Below are positions 51,791 to 64,000 of a stretch of DNA of 64,000 nucleotides, in pieces. Both the position numbers and the translations under genes were made by a program. Under the pieces are notes generated by a model that worked only from the letters and a program-made list of their open reading frames with translations, ran no database searches and was not told where the DNA came from. This DNA is from Octopus vulgaris (Eukaryota): positions 99,138,001 through 99,202,000 of the forward strand of contig OX597820.1 in assembly GCA_951406725.2 (NCBI GenBank), written 5' to 3'. Position 1 is the first letter of the stretch, and each line of letters starts with the position of its first letter.

Positions 51791-52365
51791 TAGGGTTGGT
51801 CGAAAAGTCCATTCAGTTTGTTAAGCAAAAATACAACAGGAGTTTTAGACTTGAAGCGATTTGTTCAATCAATGATATAATTACTGTTTGGTTCCAGTAT
51901 CTTCTGTGATCTTGTAGGCAGATCCATTTATTCCCTGCTCAAAGAATTTCCTGTCTTTGCTGGTGAAAACTCTTCCAAGTCAATTTTTACATCCTCTTCA
52001 GAGTTGAGGGTCTGTTCTGTTCAATGAATCTTGAAGAGACTGAAACAGGTGGAAATCTGAAAGTGCAAGGTTGAGTGACTATGGAGAATGTGGCAAAACA
52101 TCTCAGCCAAGCTCTAGTAACTTGTGCCATGTCCACAAAGAAGTGTGTGGTCTGGTATTGTTATGATGAAAGACAATGCCCTTATGATTAGCAAATGCTC
52201 CTGGTGAATTGTCGTGTTTAATTTGTCCACCTGATCAGAGTACACACCTAAATTGATCATCCTGTCTGTGGGAACCTTGTAAAAGACAGTACCCTTCCAA
52301 TTCCACCAAATTGAAAGCATTACCTTCGGGCAAAGTGCTGCTTTGAAGTTTGTTTGTGGCATGTC
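51791..52365 (-). mobile_element. mariner-family transposase relic
   Basis: KVMLSIWWNWKG plus decayed HHDNxRPH and PYSPxLAxSDFHLF motifs; end TAGGGTTGGTCGAAAAGT. Confidence 0.75.
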
Positions 52366-53204
52366 CAGTAAATTCACCATCATCAATTCACTGCAGGGAA
52401 AGTTCACCATTATCAGGTTTTTTTTTTCAATAAAATAGATTTTAACTATCAATAGTGAGATACTATGGATATATTTTCTCAGTAAACTTACCTCACAGTG
52501 AGTTTTAGATGATGGTGAACTTCCTCTGCAGTGAATTGATGGTGGGGAACTTACCTGAAATCTATTTGTGGTGATTTGTCACACTTCTCCTATAATCATT
52601 TATACTTTACATTGTTATAGACAATCCATTTTATGCCCACTATCATCATCTTCTTCAAAAAGTATTATTTGCTTCACATTTTTGCAACAAATCACAGATA
52701 AAAATCCGTTAGGCAAGGTTAGCCTCATTCAATTGAAGTGGGAGTCAAACACTAAATATGCTGGTGTAACCAAGTTAATGTAGATAGATTTCAACACTCA
52801 ATTTGGATATTTTGAGAAAATCTGTGATAATTCTGGTTGTATAATTGGAGTTGGTGTTGATTGACTCCTTTATTTTGTTTCAGTTGGCTGGCAAGAGTGA
52901 GGACTGAAGAACTTCCCAATCAAAATCTTGACAACCATTGCTGGAACATGTTTCATAACAGCATCCTCTCAATACACAGTGCATAACTTTCTGCATGTTC
53001 GTTTTGGTTCTCCATTTTCAGGGTGGCCCCATGCACATAAAATTCAATCTGTCTCATTGAAAGCTCATGTCAAACCGCATTGAAATGTCAAGTATCTAAA
53101 GAGTGTGCATGTGCAAGGGACCAACTGAAGTTAGGTACATATTAGAGTGCTTGAAGTTAGTGTTGACAAAAACTGAACAGTTGTTTGTGCATATATGTAT
53201 GTAT

Positions 53205-53295
53205 GTAGGTAGGTAGATAGGTAGGTAGGTAGGTAGGTAGGTAGGTAGGTAGGTAGGTAGGTAGATAGGTAGGTAGGTAGGTAGATAGATAGATG
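53205..53295. repeat. (TAGG)n/(TAGA)n microsatellite
   Basis: Read directly from the sequence. Confidence 0.9.
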
Positions 53296-54000
53296 GATAT
53301 ACAGACCAGCATTCCATCGAATATAAATAATAATGCTGTTACCTTCAACTGAATACCAACGCAGGATGCTTGTTTGAATCAGTTCACTTTGAAACTGCTC
53401 TGGATGATGGACCCTTGGTGAAATTGCAATGACTAGAATGTATAATTGCATACAAAGCAATGTGCAGTCGCTGCAGCTGAGACATATACAGGTCAGATGA
53501 ATATGCTGTAGAAAACTTTTAAATAAAGAAATTTTTGGATGTGAATAAGATCTCCACTCTCCTCTTTGTTATCAATGTTATGTATCATCATCATCATCGT
53601 TTAACGTCCATTTTCCATGCTAGCATGGGTTGTCCGGGGTCTGGGAAGCCAGGAGGCTGCACCAGGCTCCAGTCTGATCTAGCTGAGTTTCTACTGCTGG
53701 ATGCTCTTCTTAATGCCAACCAATCCATGAGTGTAGTGGGTGCTTTTTACAAGCCACCAGCACGGGGGCCAGAGGAGGCTGGCAAACAGTCATGATCAGT
53801 TGGTGCTTTTTACGTGTCACCGGCATGGAAGCCAGTCAAGGCAGTGCTGGCATCGGCTCCACATTTATGTAGGACTGATACCTGCCTCAGTGTAACAGAG
53901 TTCTGAAAGTGCTATATATGTATGTGCATGAGTGTGTGTGTGCACGTGTGTATCCAAACACACACTTATGTATATATATATATGTATGTATATATATATG

Positions 54001-54046
<46 letters not shown>

Positions 54047-54105
54047 TGATTGATTGATTGATTCCAGTTTCAGCTTATGAGCTGTGGCCATGCTGGGGCA
54101 CCACC

Positions 54106-54137
<32 letters not shown>

Positions 54138-54139
<2 letters not shown>

Positions 54140-55340
54140 CGGGAAGCTTTATGAAAATAGACAAAAGACGAAGGCAGGTGGAAAACAAACAAACAATTGT
54201 ATTAGTATGGCGCTCAGGAAATATAAATAAAACAAGTCTTTAACGTTTCGAGCCTACGCTCTTCAACAGAAAGATACACAGAGAGAGAAAAAAACAGAAA
54301 GAAGGAGAGAAAAAAAATGCATGCAGTAACTAACGAATCAACATGGCGATCTGATTTCGGCCAGAAGTCAAAGATCAAACATGAGACGCGAGAGCGAAAT
54401 TAGGGGAGATAATAGGGTTGAATGACCAGCTCCAACATAAGGGTGTGTGTGTGTGTGTGTGTGTGTATGAGAGAGTATTAGTGCGTATGAGAGGTCTGGA
54501 CGTGTGTATGTATAGGGTTGGTGTATGTATTAGTATGTATAAGGGTGTGTGTGTGTGTGTGTGTGAGAGAGTATTAGTGCGTATGAGAGGTCTGGACGTG
54601 TGTATGTATAGGGTGGGTGTATGTATTAGTATGTATTAGTTGGTGTATGTATTAGTATGGCACATCATATATGATGTGATGTGTAAAGTCGTGTGGTGTA
54701 GTGTGGAGAGAGAAGAGGGGAGGGGAGGGAGGTGAGAAGAGGGGAGGGGGAGAGAGAGGGGGAGAAGGAAGGGGAGGAGGAGGGGAGGAGGAAAGAGGGA
54801 GAGGGGGAGAGAGAAGGGGAAAAGGGAAGGAGGGAGGGAGAAAGAGGGAAGAAGGGAAGGGGAGTAGGGGTGAAAGGATGAAGGACTGAAGTAGTAGGGG
54901 TCGAGGGGAAAGGTAGGTGAGGAGGGGGGAGAGGGGGTTAGATGAGGAAGGGGGGAGAGTTGAGACCAAATGGCGTATAAGAGCGAAGAGAGAAGATTAA
55001 TTCCTGTTCACGGCGCAAACGGGAATCCGGATGGCCTCTGTGTAAGGACAAACCGAACACAGATAGGTGTTGCAAGGAGTGACCGGTGACGCGGAAATGG
55101 CGTGAGACCGGTGTGTCGTTCGCAAGGTGGATGTCACGAAGGTGTTCCGCGAACCGGTCAGCCAAGCGGCGTCCCGTTTGTCCGATGTACAAGGAATGGC
55201 AGAGAGAGCAAGAGACGCAATAGATAATATTGCTGGAGGTGCAGGTGAAGGAGTGGATGATGGGATAGGGTCGATGATGGATGCTAGTGAGGAGGGTGGT
55301 GTTGGAGAGGTAAGGGCAAGTGCGGCAACGTGGGCGGGAA
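54138..55340 (-). mobile_element. Penelope-like retroelement 3' fragment (GIY-YIG endonuclease, 3' region and hammerhead)
   Basis: Minus-strand frame reads RPRCRTCP...FTCTSSNIIYCVSCSLCHSLYIGQTGRRLADRFAEH...REQELIFSLRSYTPFGLN. Confidence 0.88.
54237..54274 (-). ncRNA. Minimal hammerhead ribozyme motif with a variant core
   Basis: TCTTT-CTGTTGA-A-GAGC[GTAG]GCTC-GAAA-CGTT-AAAGA, with palindromic ACGT as stem III. Confidence 0.65.
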
Positions 55341-55731
55341 CTAGCAGCATAGCCCGGCGTTGCCCGGGTATGTAAGAGCCCCTAGTAGGCAACGACTAAT
55401 CCCAATCTAGTTCTTTCCCTCTAGGGAACGAAGGCGCATGTGTAGGTTGCAATGTATTCTCTTCACTCGAATACTTCTATGTATACGATGTTCCTAGCTG
55501 TCTCCCGACAGAAAATGTGTTGCATATAAAAAGCTTAGATTCTCGACCCCATGTCGAATTTAACGATTTTTTCAGAACTGGGGAAATTTTTCAAAATTTT
55601 TGCTGCGTTAGTTTTGAATTATGACATTGGGCTATGTGTGTGTCAAGTTTCATCAGAATCGGTTGAAAGCCGTGGTCAGTGTGAAGGTACAACCTGACAG
55701 CCACACAAACTGCCGTTTATATATATAGAGA
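55341..55731 (-). mobile_element. Complete non-autonomous Helitron
   Basis: A|TCTCTATATATATAAA...CCCGGGCAACGCCGGG hairpin...GCTAG|T. Confidence 0.82.
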
Positions 55732-55829
55732 TAATAACAAAGGGTAAAATTAATTAATTAAGAAGTAATCAGTAATTTCACCAAGTAGAATTCGGCATGA
55801 AAAAGACCATTTCATGGTAAGCTTAAGTA

Positions 55830-56100
55830 ATACTTTATAATTAGGGTTCAGCAGAGATTTGCTTCACCACATACCGAAGTTTAGAAATAGCAGTCAAAAA
55901 ATCTTAGCTATTCCTTCTACTTTAAAATCAATTGATTTTCGTTATTTTTCCCTTTTGTCTGCATGGATTGTTTTCAAGTACTTTGGTTTTTCTGGGAGCC
56001 CCTTTTAAAGTAGAAGGAATAGCTAAGATTTTTTGACTGCTATTTCTAAACTTCGGTATGTGGTGAAGCAAATCTCTGCTGAACCCTAATTATAAAGTAT
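55830..56100. repeat. Inverted repeat, about 98-bp apparently perfect arms and a 75-bp spacer
   Basis: 55830-55927 is the reverse complement of 56003-56100. Confidence 0.9.
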
Positions 56101-56393
56101 ATATATATATATATATATATATATAGGTATAAAAATTATATATAAAAAGGGACAAGAACGTGAAATACACAAAGAGATGACACAAAAAATGGACGGGTCA
56201 TTCAAAGCCTTTAATCTTCAGTCAGGAACCGGATCATCACAGCAAATTTCGGCTGATTTGTATATATATATATATATATGTATATATATACGTATATATG
56301 TATATCTATATATATATATATATGTATGTATGTATATATATATATATATATATGCACATGTATATATGTATATACAAACATACATATATATAC

Positions 56394-56442
<49 letters not shown>

Positions 56443-56464
56443 TATATATATGTATATATATATG

Positions 56465-56516
<52 letters not shown>

Positions 56517-56579
56517 CATACATACGTGTGTGTGTGAGTGTAATGTTAGTTTAGAGGGATATATATATCAGGGCAGATA

Positions 56580-57138
56580 CCATGGTATCTTAGCTTCATG
56601 TGTCTTTTCAAGCACAGCAGACTGCCAGGAAATCTCAAACCCCTGTCATTCCCTCTGTGAGGTCCAACACCTGAAGAGTCTTCCTCACTACTTCATACCA
56701 TGTCTTTCTGGGTCTATCCCTTCTACATATTCCTTCTACAATTAGAGATTGGCATCTCTTGATGCAACTGTCTTCATATGCATTACATGATCATGTCAGC
56801 ACAGTCTTTTCTCTTACACACTACATCTGATGCATAGCATACCCAGTTTTTCTCTCAAATCAGTTACACTCTGTTACATATGCACACTCGCATAATCCAT
56901 CCAGTGGAGCATACTGGCCTTATTTTATTCAAGCCTTTGCATATCCTCAGAAGTCATAGCCTGTGTCTCACTGCCATGTAGCATAGTTGTTTATACACAG
57001 GCATCATACAATCTGCCTTTCACTCTGAGGGAGAGGCCCTTTGTTACTAACAGAGATAGTAGTTCACTGAACTTTGACCAGCCTGTTCTTATTGTAGCAG
57101 CTATGCTTTCAGAACCACCTCCCCCACTACTAACTTGG
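56580..57138 (-). mobile_element. RTE LINE 3' fragment
   Basis: Encodes IRTGWSKFSELLSLLVTKGLSLRVKGRLYDACV. Confidence 0.75.
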
Positions 57139-57520
57139 TCACTGTGGCCATGCTGGAGCACTGCCTTTAGTTGAGCAAATCGACCCCAGGACTTATTCTT
57201 TGGAAGCCTAGTACTTATTTTATCGGTCACTTTTGCCAAACCGCTAAATTGCGGGGACGTAAACACACCAGCATCGGTTGTCAAGCAATGTTGGGGGGAG
57301 GGGACACACATAGACACACAAACATATACACACATACACATACATATATATATGTATGACGGGCTTCTTTCAGTTTCCGTCTACTAAATCCCCTCACAAA
57401 GCTTTGATCAGCTCGAGGCTATATTAGAAGACACTTGACCAAGGTGCTATGCAGTGGGACTGAACCTAGAACCATGTGGTTGGTAAGCAAGCTACTTACT
57501 ACACAGCCACTCCTACGCCT
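57139..57520 (-). mobile_element. SINE family A
   Basis: Head GGCGTAGGAGTGGCTGTG near 57520. Confidence 0.85.
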
Positions 57521-58911
57521 ATAGATAGATAGATAGATAATTTAGTTTATGATCTACATCCAATAAAACTAAATCTAAGAAAGGATTCAATACAGGAGAG
57601 TGTAGAATATATGTTTATATAAATACCTAACGATTATATAGATGTTGCAATGGTACAAAATTGTGAGGCATTTTTATTTATATGAAATTCTACAAACATC
57701 TATCCACTTGTCCATCTATCTGTCTATCATTCTATCTATCTGTCTGTTTATCTGTCTATCTCTCTATCTACCTGTCTGCCTGCCTACCTACCAATGACAG
57801 ACCAACCCCGGTTTCTTAGAATTCTACCTTGTTCATGATGTATCTTTGCTTTTGTAAGACGAAGGGGTGTGATTTGAGGTAGATTTTAGTGGCTTCATTC
57901 ATTAAACCTTTGCCATTGTTCTTTTAGTTGGATCATACGCTCATGTTATTTTATCAATATTTTGAACATTTTTTTTCTTAACAATCGGCGAGCTGGCAAA
58001 GTTGTTTTGCACGTCAATCAAAATGCTTTATCCGTCTTTACGTTCTGATTTCAAATTCCGCCGACGTCAGGTTCCCTTTGCCTTTAGGTGTCTATGAAAT
58101 AAGGAATATTTTTAATACTTCTGTACTTATTTTTATTCTTCGTTGTTACCGGCAAAATGTCAAAAGAAGTACGACACCCCCTGTTACTGTTCAGCCCAAG
58201 GTCAACTGTGATCGAGTAGAACTTTGATCAAAAATATTCCAGTCGTGCCCATCCATTTTTTTAGGAGTGTGTCTGGAACTACAATATCTAAAGTGTCGTT
58301 TTATAGTTTTAGACAGAAGAATGCTATATTCTAGCAAGCTGATCGATGACTGTTTATCAGAAAGAAGCTGCAAGAGTTGATTAATGAATGAATGATGCTA
58401 TAGCTGATGGATGGATGGTGGGATGAAACACACCAAAAGATAAATTAATTTTTGATATTAAAAACAAGTGATAGCGTGTGACGAAAGACTGATAAACATA
58501 AAAAAAGACTCAACTATCATTGAATAAAATACCAGACTCTCGTTTCCTCGTTTCAACCCAGGATTTTCACTAAAGAACCGCTATGTGGTTACTCGACATG
58601 TTAGAAATAACAATCGAATCCCTTCTTTTAAATTGCATTAGACTGCCTTTTAAAAAATAGAACAAAGGACATATTAAATAAAGTATACCTAAATACACTA
58701 TGCTGGGGAAAAAATAATAAAAATTTGAGGATCATGCTGCTGGTAGATCTTTCACCATAGCTAGGTATGCGCGATCATGGTTGACCTAGGGTTAAACATA
58801 CACGATCGACAACAACAGAGGAATTCACGTCATCTTATGACACAAGAAAAGCGAAAGAATTACATACTTCAAGGGAGATAACTGAATAACAAATAGAAAC
58901 AAACAGTTCGC

Positions 58912-58976
58912 TGACCTAGCAATCTCTTGCTGCTAAGTGTTGACCCGTTGACATCTGACCTGCTGACCTCTGACCT
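58912..58976. promoter_or_regulatory. Array of nuclear-receptor-type half-sites (TGACCT/AGGTCA) with DR1/DR2 spacing
   Basis: TGACCC-gt-TGACAT-c-TGACCT-gc-TGACCT-c-TGACCT at 58941-58976, plus TGACCT at 58912. Confidence 0.45.
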
Positions 58977-58979
58977 GCG

Positions 58980-59225
58980 CATACTCAAAACAGTCCGCCA
59001 GTCGGCTTTCATTGTTAGTTTGTATTTGCTGTTCGCCTTAGCAGCAAGCAGCTATGTTGAGAGCAGTTATAAGTTGGATAGACAGATAGCACCATGCTTG
59101 CGACATATATTTCAAATGGGGCAGACAGAACGAAAGAAAACTGACGTTTGAAAACGATTAAAAAGAAAAAAAAAAGGAGTTAAAAACAATATTCATATAT
59201 TTATACATACATCCATACACACATC

Positions 59226-59258
<33 letters not shown>

Positions 59259-59505
59259 ATATATATATAGATAAATAAATACAGCATTTTTTTTGGATTT
59301 ATCATTTTCTCTGAATATATATACATATATTTATATGTATAATCCATAAGTTAATTCGAATATTGGAGCATACGATCTCAAAATCTAAGCCTGATTTCAA
59401 ATCAAGCACATTTTCACCCAAAACGACCAAGATATAAACGAAAAAAAAAAAAAATTAAGAAAAGGGAAAAACCAACAAACGAAGAGAAGAGACAAGTATA
59501 AGAAG
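58980..59505 (+). other. Probable 5'UTR first exon of an unidentified plus-strand gene
   Basis: Unique sequence after a motif cluster, ending in the donor AAG|GTAATA at 59506; no coding exon seen in the window. Confidence 0.35.
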
Positions 59506-59642
59506 GTAATACTTTTACACCTTAGTTTTGGTTATTATTGTATATATATTCTGTTTGTCTTCACATTACAGTCACCATCGTAATTTTGTTTTCTAAAAAT
59601 GAATTAGGTCTTGGTGTTGTCAACTAAACTGTCCCCGTTTAT

Positions 59643-59675
<33 letters not shown>

Positions 59676-60161
59676 ATAGTTGCTCTTTCTAGAAATGTAA
59701 ATATATTTCCTAGTGTTGCGTGTATGGTTTGGTCTAGGAAGATAATGGAAATTTTAAAAATATAATTTAATTATATTAGTATTCATTAATGCCATCGTCA
59801 TTTTATCTTATAGTAATTTCTCTACAACACTTAAAAAGGTTTTTTTTTTATAGTGTTTCGAAAATAATGTCAGTTTATTTGTTTGGTATAAGTGCCATAT
59901 AAGTATGTATACATTTATATATATATAAATATATACATTTTCTTATATTAGTTATTGTCATTATATAAAAGAACAAATAAATGAACTAATGTTGTTACGA
60001 TTCCCGGGCATAGTTAAACAAATTTCACTTCATTTAATTATGTAGCTCATCGTTGGAAAAGCATTACCATCAATCATCACAGTTATATACATTTGAAATA
60101 TCCTCTAAAAAATGCATGTCCTTTCTCTGTGCCAACACAAACGAAGCCAATATTATAATTA

Positions 60162-60332
60162 CTTCGTCTGTCTTTATGTTCTAAGTTCAAATTCCGCCGA
60201 GGTCGACTTCGCTTTTGATCCTTTCGGAGTCGATAAATTAAGTACCAGTTGCGTACTGGGGTCGATCTAATCGACTAGCCTCCTCCCCCTAAAATTTCGG
60301 GCCTTGTACCTTAGGGTAGAGAAGAATATTAT
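60162..60332 (+). mobile_element. SINE family B with an alternative 3' tail
   Basis: Same core as the other B copies; ends CCCCTAAAATTTCGGGCCTTGTACCT. Confidence 0.75.
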
Positions 60333-61069
60333 AATTACTTGGTCGGGAGCTAAAAACATGCGTTTGTCGTTTTTCTTCGTGTTTTGCCCTTTCGCTTTCT
60401 CATGTTGGAACAGTTTCACTCGACTTTCATCCATCCCACTTCATAACTTAAATTTCTCTACGATGTATATTTTATTTCTAAAATCGAATAAGAAAGAAAA
60501 ACAAAATTTTCCCTTGCTTCATATATTTAATGTAAGATAGAAAGAAAAAAGAAACCCAACTATTTATAAATCATTTTCAGAGAGGTTGGACCAAAAACAA
60601 ACACCCTGGGTCCTGTGATTGATTGTAATTATAGAAAAATGATAACGAACTATAAAATTAAAACGAAATATATTCACACAGTGACATGTGTGTATTTATA
60701 TATTTAATTGATCGGCAAAGTTGTAGCATAAACAGAAAAAAATTCATTCATGGAATCCAGAGAAGACCAGTTTGAAAATTAACAACAAAACAATAACAAC
60801 GAGACCAACAACAAACAACTTAAACCTTTAATGCAAAACTTAGGATTTTTTCCCGAACTTTTTTTTTCCATTTTCGTTAATATTTGTTTCATTATTCAGA
60901 TCTTCACTCTGTATTCTATCTTGAATATTTGGCGACAGTGGAAATTTAATCTTAACAGAGTTAGGTGTTTTTGCTGTGGTTTGAATTAAAGAAAAATCTG
61001 TCGGCTTTGACTTTATTTTTTTCTGTTATCAACCTAAATGTTTGTTGTGGTAGATAAAATAAGTATCAG

Positions 61070-61113
<44 letters not shown>

Positions 61114-61573
61114 CCTTTTCCCTTCCTAGAAACAATATGTATACGTACAGATTTCAAAGTATCATATATGAAAAAAAAAAAACGAAAACCCTATCGAAAA
61201 ATAAAGTAGACCAACTATTAGGTTTTTGCCCCAGTGACAAGAAATCCTACATGGGTGTTATAATGTAAAATAATAACGAAAGTTATGGGTGTTATGATGT
61301 AAAATAGTAACGGAAGCTATGAACGAATGTCACAACATCCCGTACCTTCACCCCTAATAAGTATCCGACTCGATTCTCTGCCTATATAAGAAATGATATG
61401 TATGCGTCGTGTAAAAAAATATAAAATGGTAAAGTAAAAGAAACATTTTGAAAGATGTAGTGGGAGAAAGTCTCTCCTACTTCCAGTCACATAAGAATAT
61501 AAATATATATATATATGTGTGTGAATTTGATTTTCTTTTTACCCTTTTTGTCCACAAGTGTTGTTTGAAAGGT

Positions 61574-61623
<50 letters not shown>

Positions 61624-64000
61624 GATTAATATGAGGGGTACTATATATATATAAATAAATATATATATATTTATATATAACTCCTTCAAACAACACTTGT
61701 GGACAAAAAGGGTAAAAAAGAAAATCAAATTTACACACACATATATATATATATATATTACACACACACATATATATATATATATATTTATATATAGTTC
61801 CTCTCATATTAATCGTATGTCTAATCTCTGTAACTCTGCCTTTCTGATTTCAATATATCCCCCCTTTTGTTTTTGCTAGTTACCGACAGACCGAATAGTT
61901 AGTCCTTCTTTCCATTGTCAACATTTAAGTATAACGTAAATAGGTTGTTTTTTTTTTTTCGAATGAAAGAAAACACAAGGGAAGAATCCATTCTTTTACT
62001 CTTCTATTCTGTGTTACTACTTTCTCTCTCTCAACACACACACACACATATATATATATATATGGGTGTTTTTCAGACTTATGGATTGTTACACGAATAT
62101 ATATATATTTATGTGTGTATGCATTCCTAATTCTCTGTTCCACACACTTCTCTATGGTTTTCACTTTTGTTTGATGCCCTTTCATGTCTTCCTCATGTTA
62201 GCTTCTCTGTTACCTATTTAGTTTTTCTTTTACTTTCTTTTCTGTACCATTGCACATACACACACGTACTCGAGAGGCGGGTATTCCTTCTGCTACACAT
62301 GAAATCTTCTACGCTGTCGTTTCGACCCTCTTCGAAATAGTTGTCAATCAAAACCTTTCAAACCACCCTCTGATATCATAAAAAAAAGGGACACATTGAA
62401 CTGTATAGTCTCTCATATTCAAAAAGAAGAGATGGTCACAACTGGAATGTCTATGATCATAGAACTGCTCAGTTGGGACTGACCTAGAGCCAAATAACGA
62501 TATTTACACATCATGCCTTATGTTGATAGGTGAATATAGCCTGATTGATTTCTTCCGCTATTCTTTACTCCCTTACATCATCACTCATACAAATTTATAA
62601 TAATAATGGGTTCATTATATATATGTTGTTCAACCCCAGATCAGCTTTAATTTATCAGACATATGGTTAAAGGCATTATTACCCATGATCGTCCTTTTAT
62701 TTATTCATTTTGTATAGCTTAGCATTTGTCCTGCGTATCTGCTTTTTAAGAGCAATAGGTTATGATTTGAGGATTGACTGATATTTCTAGCTGGTCGAGC
62801 GACCGCACAGTAGCACGATCTATCTAGCTATTTAAATAGAAGTGTTAAGTTTATCTTCGTTTGTTGATGTACATGTGGCTAATATTTTATCGTATATATA
62901 CATATATACACACGACACGCATATGTATTAATGAATTAAAGGGGATTAAATATTTATACTTTGTGTTGGGTTTGTAGTATATAAGATATTTGGGTTTTAA
63001 AGTTACGCAAACCTCTCAATTTACTTGTAGATGTGTAAATGAAAAAGCAGCCTTTCTTTTTGATGTTTGCACGTTATTTATAAGAATAGGTCATGCAATA
63101 ATGTACAACATTCAGGCCCATTTTATCTCAGCTTTCTTTAGCAGCCACATAACCTTCATTTATGCAAAGCTAATGAGGGAAACTCCTGTGTGAGAGCACT
63201 CGATTTTTGCATCGAAGAGCAAGTAAGACCATACTAAAATCACAATCTCGCTTAGAGGACACATTGGGATATCTGAATAACCAAGAAGAGTCCCTTAATG
63301 GTTGATGGAAAAACTAAAATAAAATATAAAATTGAAAAAAAAAAAAGACGGGATGGTCTCAATTGGAATGATTTTGATAGATTTTGTTCGATTAGAAATA
63401 GCAGTCGGATTTTTCACGCCCTACCGTTAACCCCCCCCCCCCTCAAAAAAACAAAAACGGAAGGATATCTAAATTACGAAGTGTTCTGGAAAAGGATGGC
63501 CACGAATGAAGTGTCTTTGACGAAAGAAAGGTCTGCTCTGTGTCTTAACATCAACTTTCATATACAAACAGCTTGCCTATCAAACTCTTTTTTTCCATTC
63601 CTCTTTCTGTTTTGCATATGCAGACTAATTTCCAGGCTTCCACCTTATTTAATCTATCGGGAATTAAGTCGTTTCTTATGTAGGACCTAACCATTTTTAA
63701 AGGATAAATGTAGAGAGGAGCGAGTAATGGATGATTGCGACCTTTCATGCCTTTTCTTGAGGTATTATTAAACAACGGTGACGTGAAATGGTTCCAAGTG
63801 GAAGTCGAAAATCATGTGTATTGATTGTTTGGAGCATGACAACTGTGTGACTTCCTCTCGAAATAGAAGAGATGTTTAGGAAGTTGAAACATTCATGCCT
63901 GTGTGTGTGTCAAGGACGAAAACAGTGTGTAATGAAATAGAATAGTTACTACCAGAGAATCGAAACCGAATCTCGAGAACTAAAACACGTAGCTTTTTTT

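Noticed and set aside
54438-54636. 100-bp tandem duplication
   Set aside because: Ordinary low-complexity duplication within the PLE 3' region.

Overview
AT-rich, repeat-dense eukaryotic DNA, most likely an octopus (cephalopod) genome judging from the SINE families. The one host gene I can resolve is a spliced HMGB-family gene on the minus strand. Its coding exons are 18720-18571, 14707-14553, 9975-9801 and 8325-7522 (427 aa), with a probable 5'UTR exon ending at 27591. It has two HMG boxes, vertebrate-like intron positions and an unusually long 267-aa C-terminal tail. A second, unidentified gene probably starts on the plus strand near 59 kb, behind an array of TGACCT half-sites. The rest is mobile DNA: many tRNA-derived SINEs, RTE and CR1 LINE fragments, a decayed RepHel Helitron fused to a near full-length L1/Tx1-clade LINE, Tc1/mariner relics, piggyBac/hAT MITEs, non-autonomous Helitrons and Penelope-like (PLE) fragments. 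The most unusual item is a short element joining a tRNA-like Pol III head to a minimal hammerhead ribozyme, present as a head-to-head palindrome (48192-48733). Several other hammerhead-like motifs and long hairpins are scattered through the window. All calls were made by eye and repeat boundaries are approximate.
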